This document shows, one piece after another, positions 28,099-38,920 of a stretch of 64,000 nt of DNA. Below the pieces are notes generated by a model, which was given only the letters and a program-made list of their open reading frames with translations, made no database searches and was not told where the DNA came from. The position numbers were made by a program, and so were the translations under genes. Source of the stretch: Nitrospirales bacterium (GTDB taxonomy: Bacteria > Nitrospirota > Nitrospiria > Nitrospirales > UBA8639); NCBI GenBank assembly GCA_963422365.1, contig OY729426.1, forward strand, positions 1,472,001-1,536,000. The letters run 5' to 3'. Each line of letters opens with the position of its first letter. Position 1 is the stretch's first letter.

Positions 28099-30333
28099 TT
28101 ACCCCAATCTGTCTAAGATGGTATTAAAGGTGGCGCTCGGACGCATGGCCCCTTTGATCTTTGCCGGATCAGGGTGATAATACCCGCCGATATCCATCGG
28201 CTTGCCCTTCGCGGTTTTCAGTTCTTCGAGTATCTTCTCGATGTTGGCTTCAAGTTCTTTCGCAACAGGGGAAAACTTTTTCTGTAACGCTGGATCGTCA
28301 TTTTGCGCGGCGAGTTCCTGTGCCCAATACATGGCTTCATACACATGGCTTCCGAGGTTATCCAATTCCCCGAGCACCCGACCTGGGGCCTTGCGGTTTT
28401 CCATGAGTCTGCCCGTGGCCCGGTCCAAGGTATTCGCAAGGACTCGCGCCTTTTTATTGTCACGGGTTCGGCTTAAATGAGCAAAGGATTCTGACAATGC
28501 GAGAAATTCGCCCAGAGAATCCCATCGTAAATGCCCTTCTTTGAGAAACTGCTGCACATGTTTTGGAGCTGATCCGCCGGCTCCTGTTTCAAATAAGCCA
28601 CCACCATTGATGAGTGGAACAATGGAGAGCATCTTGGCGCTGGTCCCCAGTTCCAGAATCGGAAACAGGTCGGTGAGATAATCCCGAAGCACATTCCCTG
28701 TAGCGGCAATGGTGTCTTGCCCGTCTTTGGCTCGTTTGAGCGAATGCTTCATGGCATCCACCGGTGCCATAATCTTGATGTCCAGGCCTGTTGTCTCATG
28801 ATCCTGTAAATAGCGATTGACTTTTTCGATGAGTTGTGAGTCGTGTGCCCTGTCCTTGTTCAACCAGAACACCACAGGCGTTGAGGACGCTTTGGCGCGA
28901 TTCACGGCCAATTTCACCCAGTCTTGAATGGGAATATCCTTGACCGTGCATCCGCGGAAGATGTCACTTTTTTCCACATTCTGTTCATGCAGGATATTCC
29001 CTGCTCCGTCAATCATGCGGATGGTTCCACTTCCAGGCGCTTCAAAGGTCTTGTCGTGCGATCCGTATTCTTCGGCTTTTTGTGCCATGAGGCCTACGTT
29101 GGGCACACTGCCCATGGTTGCCGGATTAAATGCCCCGTTCTCTCGGCAGAAATCGACGACGGCCTGATAAATGCCCGCATAACTGCGATCCGGGATCATG
29201 GCCTTCATATCATGTTCCCTGCCGTCCTGTCCCCACATTTTCCCCCCGACGCGCAGAGCGGCTGCCATCGACGCATCAATGATGATATCACTCGGCACGT
29301 GAAGGTTCGTGATGCCTCTATCGGAGTCCACCATGGCGAGATCCGGGCCATGGTGCATGGCTGCCTCAAGGTCGGCTTTGATTTCCTCTTGCTGCGTGGC
29401 CGGCAATTGGCCGATTTTGTCATACACGTCGCCCAACCCGTTATTGGGGTTGACGCCGAGTTCGGCAAACACCGTTGCATGTTTCTGAAAGACGTCTTCA
29501 AAATAGACGGACACGCAATGACCGAAAATAATAGGATCCGAAACCTTCATCATGGTGGCCTTCATGTGCAGCGATAATAAAATGCCACTCTGTTTGGCGT
29601 CTTCGATTTGCTCTTTGAAAAATTGACGTAAGGCACCGGCGCTCATCTTCGTGGTATCGACCACGTCGCCGTTGTCGAGAGTCAGGTTATCTTTCAACAC
29701 GGTTAGGCTGCCGTTTTCGCCGACAAATTCGATACGGCCCTTTCCCGCCGTTTGCGCGGTAATCGTTGCCGATTTTTCATTGGCAAAGAAGTCTCCATCT
29801 GTCATATGGGCGACATGCGTGGTTGAATCTTTGGCCCAGGCACCCATTCTGTGCGGATTGTTTTGGGCGTATTGTTTAACGGAGGCAGACGCCCGACGAT
29901 CGGAATTGCCTTGCCGCAACACGGGGTTGACCGCACTGCCCTTTACCTTGTCAAATTTCGCTTTCGTGTTCTTTTCTTCATCAGTCTTGGGGTCTTCCGG
30001 ATAGTCGGGAATGGCATACCCCTGGGATTGCAATTCGGAAACGGCGGCTTTGATTTGAGGAATCGATGCGCTAATATTAGGGAGTTTGATGACGTTGGCC
30101 TCCGGCGTTTCAACCATTTCGCCCAGAGCGGCGAGGTCATCGGGCTGTTGTTGTTCCGGCCTCAAGATGTCGGGAAATTGCGCAATGATTCGGCCAGCCA
30201 GCGAAATATCTTTCCTGCCGACGTTCACTCCTGCGGTTTTGGCAAAGGCGTGGATGATCGGGAGAGACGATCCACTCGCCAGTTCTGGAGCTTCGTCGAC
30301 TTTTGTATAAATAATATCCGGTTCTGCTGACAT
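28099..30333 (-). CDS. icd: Monomeric NADP-dependent isocitrate dehydrogenase
   Basis: About 740 aa; 'IKLPNISAS', '[16 protein letters not shown]', '[15 protein letters not shown]', '[15 protein letters not shown]'. Confidence 0.95.
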   Translation of the reverse strand: MSAEPDIIYTKVDEAPELASGSSLPIIHAFAKTAGVNVGRKDISLAGRIIAQFPDILRPEQQQPDDLAALGEMVETPEANVIKLPNISASIPQIKAAVSELQSQGYAIPDYPEDPKTDEEKNTKAKFDKVKGSAVNPVLRQGNSDRRASASVKQYAQNNPHRMGAWAKDSTTHVAHMTDGDFFANEKSATITAQTAGKGRIEFVGENGSLTVLKDNLTLDNGDVVDTTKMSAGALRQFFKEQIEDAKQSGILLSLHMKATMMKVSDPIIFGHCVSVYFEDVFQKHATVFAELGVNPNNGLGDVYDKIGQLPATQQEEIKADLEAAMHHGPDLAMVDSDRGITNLHVPSDIIIDASMAAALRVGGKMWGQDGREHDMKAMIPDRSYAGIYQAVVDFCRENGAFNPATMGSVPNVGLMAQKAEEYGSHDKTFEAPGSGTIRMIDGAGNILHEQNVEKSDIFRGCTVKDIPIQDWVKLAVNRAKASSTPVVFWLNKDRAHDSQLIEKVNRYLQDHETTGLDIKIMAPVDAMKHSLKRAKDGQDTIAATGNVLRDYLTDLFPILELGTSAKMLSIVPLINGGGLFETGAGGSAPKHVQQFLKEGHLRWDSLGEFLALSESFAHLSRTRDNKKARVLANTLDRATGRLMENRKAPGRVLGELDNLGSHVYEAMYWAQELAAQNDDPALQKKFSPVAKELEANIEKILEELKTAKGKPMDIGGYYHPDPAKIKGAMRPSATFNTILDRLG

Positions 30334-30687
30334 GGTTCCTTCCTCCATTCAAGATTGTGTAAGAGCAGACCAAAAAGGCTGGAATACTATTCCAGATACC
30401 CGACAAACAATTTTAGAGAGAACCGGCATTCGATGCAATCAACCGAAAGCCCCAGATCCTACCCAACGAAAGGACCAGAATGGAATAGGTCAAGTAGGGA
30501 GACCTGACATGCTTCTTCTGTCATCCCGGATATTTTCAATTGAGGCATGGATCCCCTCTCCGCTTAAGAATATCGGAGACAAGGATAAAAACCGCGAGGA
30601 TGACAGAGAGAGGTCCTACGGGCATGACACAGGGGGGCAAGGCCTGTCTTCTCCCTTTTTTGTAGCTCTGCACCATCTCATGGTGCG

Positions 30688-30735
30688 TCTTCTGGGCCGC
30701 ATAAGATGCGGCCCTACGCCTACACATGCAATGGC
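30688..30735. repeat. GTAG-type REP, direct-repeat copy 1 flanking the pilX-like gene
   Basis: tcttctgggccgcataagatgcggccctacgcctacacatgcaatggc; copy 2 at 32138-32179; partial reverse-complement copy at 7010-7028. Confidence 0.8.
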
Positions 30736-30747
30736 CGAAATCGCACG

Positions 30748-32046
30748 ATGATCGCTATTCAGAACGTCAGCCATCCCCGGGGTTTTGCGCTTGTGGCCGT
30801 CATGTTGTTGGTTGCGGTCGTGAGTCTTGTGACAGCGACGGTTCTACAGACGACCTCGACGGAAATCCAAATCAGCGGAAACCACAAGCAGGCGGTTCAG
30901 GAGTTTTATGCTGCCGAGGCTGGATTGGCTGAAGCACGCGCGCGTTTGCGCAAGACGATGGGGGCCGAGGCGTATTTCATCGGGGACACGGGTGTGTGGC
31001 ACGATCCTTTGTGGACTGCCTACATTGTGGAATCCGCAGATTGGTCTCCGTCCGTTGATCCCGAGTATTCCACGCACGAGACCAATGTGATGCCTGTCCA
31101 AGGCCATCCAACCAATACGGTTGTTCAACCGAACAGCTTGCAGACGGGCCTGCCGTACTGGGTGAAGATTCGGCATAAGACTGAATACGATGCCGAGCGA
31201 GACGGGCATCGTACGGCCACGCCTCATTATGTTGATCTTGACGGCAGCAGCTCTCGCCATAGCCAGGGCAATCGGGGCAACATTGTCTACTTTGGATATC
31301 CCTCACCGGCAGGTAGCGTTCCGGTATCCTTCACGACCAATACGGCCACACCATGGTTGCCTGTCGAGAAGATCGTCGCCCATGGAGCCGTCGCGAGCGG
31401 TAGTGTGGTTCTGGAGGAAGAAGTGTTTCACCATCCGGGCCCGAACCAGCTTGGGGCTCTCTATGCATCTGGAACCGTGAGCCTCACGGGCTCGTCAGGC
31501 GTGATCAATGGTCATGACGCCTGTGGAGTGGTCAGCAGTCTGCCACCGGTGATGTATAGAGGAGCCTTCACGAGTGCCTCGACCATTCAATTCGAAGGAA
31601 ACCCTGCGAGTCCCCATCTCAGTTCCCACGTGCTGAGTCTTGAGGAGGCCCTCGTCGCGCTCAATGCGGAAGCGGTGGTATTGAATGGGGATCAAACCAA
31701 TCAGCACTTGGGTACGGCTCAGGTGCCAATGATTTTTCTTGCGAAAAGCGAGTCATTTGTTCAACCGCAAGGAATCCGAATTCGGCACACGAGAGGATCC
31801 GGCATTCTTCTGGTGGATGGGAACGCGATTTTGGAAGGCGAGGTCCGATGGGATGGAATGATCCTTGTGACCGGCACCTTGTTTCTCCGCGGTCAGGGAA
31901 GTGGTATTGTGGTTCGCGGGGGAATCTGGGCCAGCCAGATCGACCAGCAGACAGGACCATTAACCGTCCAGTACGATAGTTGTCTTCTCCAGGCCGCGCT
32001 CCTCGCCGTCCCGACTCAGGTGAGGATTTGGAAGGAAGTTTTTTAA
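30748..32046 (+). CDS. PilX-like pilus assembly protein
   Basis: G/FALVA without E5, 'FYAAEAGL', C-terminal 'WKE'. Confidence 0.8.
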   Translation: MIAIQNVSHPRGFALVAVMLLVAVVSLVTATVLQTTSTEIQISGNHKQAVQEFYAAEAGLAEARARLRKTMGAEAYFIGDTGVWHDPLWTAYIVESADWSPSVDPEYSTHETNVMPVQGHPTNTVVQPNSLQTGLPYWVKIRHKTEYDAERDGHRTATPHYVDLDGSSSRHSQGNRGNIVYFGYPSPAGSVPVSFTTNTATPWLPVEKIVAHGAVASGSVVLEEEVFHHPGPNQLGALYASGTVSLTGSSGVINGHDACGVVSSLPPVMYRGAFTSASTIQFEGNPASPHLSSHVLSLEEALVALNAEAVVLNGDQTNQHLGTAQVPMIFLAKSESFVQPQGIRIRHTRGSGILLVDGNAILEGEVRWDGMILVTGTLFLRGQGSGIVVRGGIWASQIDQQTGPLTVQYDSCLLQAALLAVPTQVRIWKEVF

Positions 32047-32137
32047 CGGTGTGTTTTTCCATTTTTGTAGGGGTGGGCTCCCGATTAAGAACCCCGATCA
32101 GATCGGGGAAAAGCGTCCGGGGCAGGCCCTCCTGCCT

Positions 32138-32179
32138 TCTTCTGGGCCGCATAAGATGCGTTCCTACACATGTAATGGC
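32138..32179. repeat. GTAG-type REP, direct-repeat copy 2
   Basis: tcttctgggccgcataagatgcgttcctacacatgtaatggc. Confidence 0.8.
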
Positions 32180-32495
32180 ATGAGGTATGTCCCTGCCTCC
32201 GAGCAGGGATGCGATCCTACACATTCATTTACCAAGATGCGGGCGACCGTCTCATAGGTCCTGAATGAATACAAAGTGACGTTCTTCGTACCCTGTTATT
32301 TTACAACGAGTTATTTCAATTTTTTCTCGAAAAACCCATTATGTCACTCAGTTTGCGCTGGTACGTTGGCCTAGGTCTTTCGTGACCCCTGATCTGGGCC
32401 TTTTGATTGATTGCGGCTGAAGTGCATTCTCTTTACAATTACGAGTTTGGTATCCTGATCGCCACTTATCATTACAGACTAACAAAGGTTGCATT

Positions 32496-33692
32496 ATGGC
32501 AAAGGTACTTGAAGGCCCAGGAATGGGCTTGTTGAAAAAATGGGGTTTGCAAACCCCGAATTATGCTGTGGTCGGTTCTTCAGAAGAATTGGAACAGTTG
32601 TCTCAGGCCAATGATTGGTTGAACAACAGTCCGCTAGTGGTCAAGGCGCATGAAGCCTTGGGTTCACGCTTTAAACTCGGCCTCGTGAAGGTTGGAGTGG
32701 ATATCAACGGTGCCAAAGCAGCCGTGAAAGAAATGCTTGGTCGGACCATCGGAACGTTGACCATTCGGGAAGTGATCGTGTCCGAAGCGGTGGAGCATAA
32801 CGGGGAATATTACGTTGCCGTGAAGTCGACCCGGGACGGTGCAGACATTATGGTCGCCGACTGTGGGGGGATTGAAGTGGAATCCAATTGGGATCGTGTG
32901 AAACGGTGCTCCCTTGCCGTAGGAGACTCTCCATCCGAGGCTGCCCTTGAGTCCCTTGCGAAAGAAGCCGGGTTTTCCGATGAGCTGATAACCCCAATGG
33001 CCAACTTTGCCAAAAAGCTGTTTCTCTGCTTTGACAATGAAGATGCGCAATATTTGGAGATTAACCCCGTGGTGGGCAATGCCGCCGGCGAGCTGGTCGC
33101 GCTTGATGCCGTGACTCTGTTGGACGGAGATGCCAAGTTTCGTCATCCGGACTGGACGTTTCCTTTTGCAGCCGAATTCGGGCGAGCCTATACCAAGAAT
33201 GAAGAAGACGTCATGGCCGTGGATTCGAAGGTGAAAGGGTCGGTGAAGCTTATAGAAATTCCAGGTGGAGACACGGCGATGCTTCCGGCAGGCGGCGGGG
33301 CTAGCGTGTATTACTCGGATGCGGTTGTGGCCAGAGGCGGCACGTTAGCCAATTATGCTGAATATTCAGGCGATCCTCCAGATTGGGCCGTTGAAGTCTT
33401 GACTGAAAAGATCTGTTCCCTCCCCGGCATCAAAAACATCATCGTCGGGGGGGCCATTGCCAATTTCACCGATGTCAAAAAGACCTTTGGCGGGATTATT
33501 AACGCGTTTCGTAAAGCCAAGACCGAGGGAAAATTAGAAGGCGTGAAAATCTGGGTGCGACGAGGCGGGCCCAATGAAAGGGAGGGGCTGGCAGCCATGA
33601 ACGCGTTGAAAGACGAAGGCTTTGATATTGAAGTCTTTGATCGGCGTACTCCGCTGACGGACATCGTCGACATGGCCTTGGCCAAGAAATAG
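32496..33692 (+). CDS. aclB: ATP-citrate lyase beta subunit
   Basis: ATP-grasp region; 'YLEINP', 'AGGGASV', 'ANYAEYSGDP', 'GGAIANFTDV', 'VRRGGPN'. Confidence 0.95.
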   Translation: MAKVLEGPGMGLLKKWGLQTPNYAVVGSSEELEQLSQANDWLNNSPLVVKAHEALGSRFKLGLVKVGVDINGAKAAVKEMLGRTIGTLTIREVIVSEAVEHNGEYYVAVKSTRDGADIMVADCGGIEVESNWDRVKRCSLAVGDSPSEAALESLAKEAGFSDELITPMANFAKKLFLCFDNEDAQYLEINPVVGNAAGELVALDAVTLLDGDAKFRHPDWTFPFAAEFGRAYTKNEEDVMAVDSKVKGSVKLIEIPGGDTAMLPAGGGASVYYSDAVVARGGTLANYAEYSGDPPDWAVEVLTEKICSLPGIKNIIVGGAIANFTDVKKTFGGIINAFRKAKTEGKLEGVKIWVRRGGPNEREGLAAMNALKDEGFDIEVFDRRTPLTDIVDMALAKK

Positions 33693-33801
33693 TTGATGCG
33701 CTTATTTCGTGTTACTTACTTGGCTGCGAGGAGGCGGCATGAGAGGCCGTCCTACAAAAGAGGAGAGGTCTTTTTAACATATTGAGATGTAGGAGAGTTC
33801 G

Positions 33802-35628
33802 ATGAGCATTTTGGCCACAAAAGATACGTGTGTCGTGATTCAAGGCGGTCCGGCGGGGGTGAACGCGGCTCGGCGAATGGCCGAGTTCCGGCATATGATT
33901 AAACAGCCCTTAAACGTCTCGGCCTTTGTCTATCCTCCCGATGCCGGGAAAACCAACGAAATTATTTGCGGAAACCAACTCGTCACGATTCCGGTGTACA
34001 ACACGGTCGCCGAAGCAACCGCGAACCATCCGGAAATCAATACCAGCTTGGTCTATATCGGAGCGGATCGGGCCTATGCCGGCACCAAGGAAGCTTTGGA
34101 CAATCCTCAGATTCGAGTAGTGTCGATGATCACGGAAGGGGTACCTGAAAAAGATGCCAAATTGCTTGGGACACATGCACGAAACCTTGGCAAAGTTTTC
34201 AATGGTCCTTCATCCATCGGCGTCTTATCGGCTGGAGAATGCCGGTTAGGAGTGATCGGCGGGGCGTTTGATAACCTGGTTGCCTGTAAACTCTATCGTC
34301 CGGGTTCCTTTGGGGTGATCACGAAGTCCGGTGGTCTGTCGAATGAAATCATTTGGATTTGCTCGCAATTCGCCGACGGCATCACGACAGCCATTGGTAT
34401 TGGCGGAGATGCCTACCCGGGAACGGATTATGTGACGTACCTTGAAATGTTCGAAAACGATCCGCAAACCAAAGCCGTGATCATTGTCGGCGAGATGGGT
34501 GGTGATTTGGAGGAACGTGCGGCTGAATGGTACGGCGCGAAAAAACGTCGGATTCGAATCTTGGCCGTGGTTTCCGGTTTTTGCCAAGAAAGTTTGCCCA
34601 AGGGAATGAAATTCGGGCATGCCGGAGCAAAGGAGGGCCTCCAAGGGGAAGGGTCAGCCCGAGCAAAGTCAGAAGCCTTGAAGAAGGCCGGGGCCATGGT
34701 TCCTGATACCTTTGGAGCCTTGGGGCCGGCGATCAAAGAAACCTATGAAGCGCTGGTGAAGTCCAGTGAAGTGACGCCGATTCCCGAACTCAGTGAAGCG
34801 GAAAAGCCCAAGCTTCCCAAGACCGTCGAACAGGGCATGAAAGACGGCGATATTCTGGTGGCCCCACTGATTAAGTCCACCATCAGCGATGACCGAGGCG
34901 ACGAGCCTTTGTATGAAGGGTATCCGGCGTCTGAACTCATTAACAAAGGCTATGACATTCCTCATATCATCGGGCTCCTGTGGGATAAGCGGCTGATTTC
35001 CAAGCAAGAAGCCGAAATCATCAGGAGGATTATCATTCTTTCGGCCGATCATGGTCCGTGCGTCAGTGGAGCGTTGACCACCATTATCGCGGCATGTGCC
35101 GGCATCGGGTTGTCTCAAGCCGTTGCGGCAGGGTTGATCATGATTGGGCCGCGGTTTGGGGGCGCCGTGACCGATGCAGGTCGGTATTTTACCTATGCCA
35201 TCGATCACAACATGTCCGTGGATGAGTTCCTGACGTATATGAAGAAAAACGTCGGGCCAGTTCCGGGGATTGGTCATCGGGTGAAGAGTCTGCGGAATCC
35301 CGATAAACGCGTGAAAGAATTGGTGGGGTACGTGAAGAGTTTAGACCTTGCCACCCCGCATTTGGATTTTGCCTTGAAAGTCGAAAAGGTCACGGCGGCG
35401 AAGAAAGATAATTTGATTTTGAATGTCGATGGGACCATGGCGGCTGTCCTCGTCGATCTTGGATTCCCTATCGACAGCCTGAATGGATTCTTTATGTTGG
35501 CCAGAACCATTGGGCTGATTGGTCATTGGGCCGATCAAAAACGTCAGGGCAGTCGGTTAATTCGGTTGTTTAACTATCTGGTGCACTACGCATCGCCCGG
35601 TCGTCGGGAAGTGCCACCACTGAAATAA
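33802..35628 (+). CDS. aclA: ATP-citrate lyase alpha subunit
   Basis: 'KSGGLSNE', phospho-His motif 'FGHAGAK', 'ADHGPCVSGA', 'PGIGHRVKS'. Confidence 0.95.
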   Translation: MSILATKDTCVVIQGGPAGVNAARRMAEFRHMIKQPLNVSAFVYPPDAGKTNEIICGNQLVTIPVYNTVAEATANHPEINTSLVYIGADRAYAGTKEALDNPQIRVVSMITEGVPEKDAKLLGTHARNLGKVFNGPSSIGVLSAGECRLGVIGGAFDNLVACKLYRPGSFGVITKSGGLSNEIIWICSQFADGITTAIGIGGDAYPGTDYVTYLEMFENDPQTKAVIIVGEMGGDLEERAAEWYGAKKRRIRILAVVSGFCQESLPKGMKFGHAGAKEGLQGEGSARAKSEALKKAGAMVPDTFGALGPAIKETYEALVKSSEVTPIPELSEAEKPKLPKTVEQGMKDGDILVAPLIKSTISDDRGDEPLYEGYPASELINKGYDIPHIIGLLWDKRLISKQEAEIIRRIIILSADHGPCVSGALTTIIAACAGIGLSQAVAAGLIMIGPRFGGAVTDAGRYFTYAIDHNMSVDEFLTYMKKNVGPVPGIGHRVKSLRNPDKRVKELVGYVKSLDLATPHLDFALKVEKVTAAKKDNLILNVDGTMAAVLVDLGFPIDSLNGFFMLARTIGLIGHWADQKRQGSRLIRLFNYLVHYASPGRREVPPLK

Positions 35629-35701
35629 CACATTCATGGTTTCTCCTGACCTGGTCCGAAAAAAAAGGATTGGGGCTCGGAACCCACGCGGAGAACATCT
35701 T

Positions 35702-37951
35702 ATGTCGATTGACCTTGTTCAAACATTGTATGATGAAATGCCTACAGCCGTAGAAGCGGCAAGAAAGCAGTTTGGTCGTGGGTTGACCTTGGCCGAAAAA
35801 ATCCTGGTTTCCCATGCAGACAATTTTCAGACCCAAATCTGGGATCGTGGAAAAGCCATGTTGGCGCTTCGTCCCGATCGCGTGGCCATGCAGGATGCCA
35901 CGGCTCAGATGGCCATGTTGCAATTTATCCAAGCGGGAAAGAAAAGGGCTGCGGTGCCCAGCACCATTCATTGCGACCATTTGATTCGAGCGGAGATGGG
36001 GTCGGCAAAAGATCTCCTGCGCGCCTGCGATGAAAATCGGGAAGTCTATAACTTTTTAGAATCTGCTGCCAAGAAATATGGCATTGGGTTTTGGAAGCCT
36101 GGCGCGGGCATTATTCATCAGGTGGTCTTGGAAAATTATGCCTTCCCAGGGGGGCTCATTATCGGGACCGATTCCCACACGCCCAATGGTGGTGGGTTAG
36201 GCATGCTGGCTATCGGAGTCGGCGGTGCCGATGCGGGAGAGGTCATGGCCGGGTTGCCGTGGGAAGTGCTGCATCCTAAACTGATCGGTGTTAAGCTCAC
36301 CGGCAAGTTGAATGGCTGGGCCTCGCCCAAGGACGTGATTCTGTATATTTGTGGCAAACTGACGGTGAAGGGGGGAACCAATAAGATTGTCGAGTACTTT
36401 GGCCCTGGTACGGAAACGATCAGTGCGACGGGCAAGGGAACAATTACCAACATGGGTGCGGAACTCGGTGCGACCACGTCGCTTTTTCCCTTTGACCAAA
36501 AAATGGTGGACTATCTCACGATTACGGAACGAAAAGAGATCGCCGCGTTAGCGCAAGCCAACAAGACGATGCTGGTGGCTGACCCTGAAGTGTATCAGTC
36601 GCCGGAAAAATATTTTGACGAGATCCTGGAAATTGACCTGTCGATCTTGGAACCTCACGTCGTGGGTCCTCATTCTCCCGACTTGGCACGACCCATTTCC
36701 AAGTTGGACGCCGAGGCCAAGGAAAAGGGGTACCCCGTTGAGTTGAAAGCCACCTTGTTAGGAAGTTGTACAAATTCTTCGTATGAAGATATTAGCCGGG
36801 CTGCCCATATTGCCCAACAAGGGCTGCAAGCAGGCTTGAAAGCCAAAACTGCATTTTTGGTTTCACCAGGCTCAGAACGGATTTTTCATACCATGAAACG
36901 TGACGGCTTTTTGAACACGTTTGAAGATTTGGGAGCGACCGTATTGGCGAATGCCTGCGGTCCGTGTATCGGGCAGTGGAAACGAGTTGATGGCGTCAAA
37001 GGCCGAGCCGATTCGATTGTGAGTACCTTTAACCGGAACTTCCCCGGTCGCAACGACGGGCTGGCCGACACGCTGTCCTTCCTGGCGAGTCCTGAGTTGG
37101 TTGCCGCATATGCCCTTTCAGGTAACTTAGGATTCAATCCTCTGCAAGATACCATTCCCACCCCGGACGGCAAACAATTAAAACTCGATCCGCCACAAGG
37201 CGATGAATTACCGGCTCAAGGCTTTGAGAAGGGCGAAGAAGGATTTATTGCTCCAGCAGAGAACGGCGAGGGGTTAGCCGTCGACCTTCCTCCCAACAGT
37301 GAACGGCTGCAATTGCTGCAGCCGTTTCCCAAGTGGGACGGCAAAGATTTCGAACGATTGCCGTTGCTGATCAAGACCAACGGGAAAACGACGACGGATC
37401 ATATTTCACCGGCGGGCCCTTGGCTCAAGTTTCGAGGACATTTGGACAAGATTAGTGACAATATGTTTTTGGGCGCGAATAATGCGTTTTCCAGTGAAGC
37501 GGGAAAAGGCACCAATGTGTTGACCGGGGAATCGGGTCTCACGATTGCGCAAATCGCGCGTGATTATCAAGGCAGAGGCATCGGGTCGTTTGTGGTTGGT
37601 GATGAGAATTACGGTGAAGGGAGCAGCAGGGAACATGCCGCCATGTCGCCGCGTTTCCTCGGCGTGAAAGCCGTCTTGACCAAGAGTTTTGCTCGAATCC
37701 ATGAAACGAATTTGAAGAAGCAGGGCATTCTGCCCATGACATTTGCGGACCCTGGGCATTATGCGGAAATCGACCAGGATGATCGAATCAGCGTCACGGG
37801 CCTCGGTGCATTGAAGCCAGGGAAGCCGGTGTCCGTGACCATTCATAAAAATGATGGAAAAGAGATCGCGATTCAAGCCAGACACAGCATGACCGAACAG
37901 CAAATCAAATGGTTTCAAGCAGGGTCGGCCTTAAATGCCTTAAATGCATGA
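35702..37951 (+). CDS. acnA: Aconitate hydratase (mitochondrial-type)
   Basis: 'DRVAMQDATAQMA', 'GTDSHTPN', 'GSCTNSSYED', 'CGPCIGQW', 'NYGEGSSREHAA'. Confidence 0.95.
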   Translation: MSIDLVQTLYDEMPTAVEAARKQFGRGLTLAEKILVSHADNFQTQIWDRGKAMLALRPDRVAMQDATAQMAMLQFIQAGKKRAAVPSTIHCDHLIRAEMGSAKDLLRACDENREVYNFLESAAKKYGIGFWKPGAGIIHQVVLENYAFPGGLIIGTDSHTPNGGGLGMLAIGVGGADAGEVMAGLPWEVLHPKLIGVKLTGKLNGWASPKDVILYICGKLTVKGGTNKIVEYFGPGTETISATGKGTITNMGAELGATTSLFPFDQKMVDYLTITERKEIAALAQANKTMLVADPEVYQSPEKYFDEILEIDLSILEPHVVGPHSPDLARPISKLDAEAKEKGYPVELKATLLGSCTNSSYEDISRAAHIAQQGLQAGLKAKTAFLVSPGSERIFHTMKRDGFLNTFEDLGATVLANACGPCIGQWKRVDGVKGRADSIVSTFNRNFPGRNDGLADTLSFLASPELVAAYALSGNLGFNPLQDTIPTPDGKQLKLDPPQGDELPAQGFEKGEEGFIAPAENGEGLAVDLPPNSERLQLLQPFPKWDGKDFERLPLLIKTNGKTTTDHISPAGPWLKFRGHLDKISDNMFLGANNAFSSEAGKGTNVLTGESGLTIAQIARDYQGRGIGSFVVGDENYGEGSSREHAAMSPRFLGVKAVLTKSFARIHETNLKKQGILPMTFADPGHYAEIDQDDRISVTGLGALKPGKPVSVTIHKNDGKEIAIQARHSMTEQQIKWFQAGSALNALNA

Positions 37952-37971
37952 GTGGCCGACCACAACATCAT

Positions 37972-38057
37972 TGTCATTCTGAGCCGTAGGCGAACAATCT
38001 CGTCGTTTCAACAATGCGGGTCTGTAAAAACAGATCTTTCATTTCCTCAGGATGACA
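37972..38057. repeat. Degenerate CGTC/TGTC-type REP doublet
   Basis: tgtcattctgag...ctcaggatgaca imperfect inverted ends between acnA and frdB. Confidence 0.55.
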
Positions 38058-38180
38058 GATGAGGCGCGTTGTGCAGGATCCCTGTCTCTCCGATTTTTTT
38101 AATCTGGGAGTTAGCCGTGTCTTTCTCCTTCATTTCGGCACACACAGGAAGGGCAGGACGGAAAGACCAAAGCGGACAGC

Positions 38181-38903
38181 ATGACGACTGATTCATTAGA
38201 TACAGGCAAAGCCGTGAGTCAAGAAGACTCTTTCCACCCCCCCATGGTCATGGTGGAGATTGCAGGGAAGCCCTTCCGTGTCCCGGCTGGGATTACCTTG
38301 ATGAAGGCCCTCTGGTATACCGGCCATAAAGTCATACGAGGTGCGGGATGCTTAGGTGGATTTTGTGGAGCCTGCGCGACCTATTATCGCACGAAGGACG
38401 ATCCGAAAGTCAAAACCTGTTTGGCGTGTTCGCATGCGGTTGAAGATGGCATGTCCTTTTCGTTTGCACCGGCTTTTCCTGCTCGAAAGGCCACGTATGA
38501 TTTGAATCAACTCGAAAATCCTAGGCAAGACTTGTTCAAATTGTATCCGGAAGCCCCTTTGTGCCGGAATTGTAATGCCTGCACCGAAGCCTGCCCTCAA
38601 CAAATTGACGTGCGTGAGGGTGTCTGGAAAGCTGTGTTTGGGGATTTCAAAGCGGTGTCGGAGACGTTCATGGACTGTGTGATGTGTGGCTTGTGTGCGC
38701 CGGTGTGCATTGCTGATATTGCGCCAAATTTAGTGGGGATCTACGCTAGTCGAGCCTATGGAGTACGGGAAATGGAAAAGCCTCCTGGCCTCTTTGACCG
38801 AATTCAAGCTATTGCAGAGGGGGAGTACAATGCTGATTGGGAACGAATCTTAAAGATGACCGATGAAGAATTACAACAAAGCTCGGCCACGATCAAGTCG
38901 TAG
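38181..38903 (+). CDS. frdB: Fumarate reductase Fe-S subunit (2Fe-2S plus 2x4Fe-4S)
   Basis: 'GCLGGFCGAC...CLAC', 'CRNCNACTEACP', 'CVMCGLCAPVC'. Confidence 0.8.
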   Translation: MTTDSLDTGKAVSQEDSFHPPMVMVEIAGKPFRVPAGITLMKALWYTGHKVIRGAGCLGGFCGACATYYRTKDDPKVKTCLACSHAVEDGMSFSFAPAFPARKATYDLNQLENPRQDLFKLYPEAPLCRNCNACTEACPQQIDVREGVWKAVFGDFKAVSETFMDCVMCGLCAPVCIADIAPNLVGIYASRAYGVREMEKPPGLFDRIQAIAEGEYNADWERILKMTDEELQQSSATIKS

Positions 38904-38920
38904 GGGATTGCGGCTTACAC

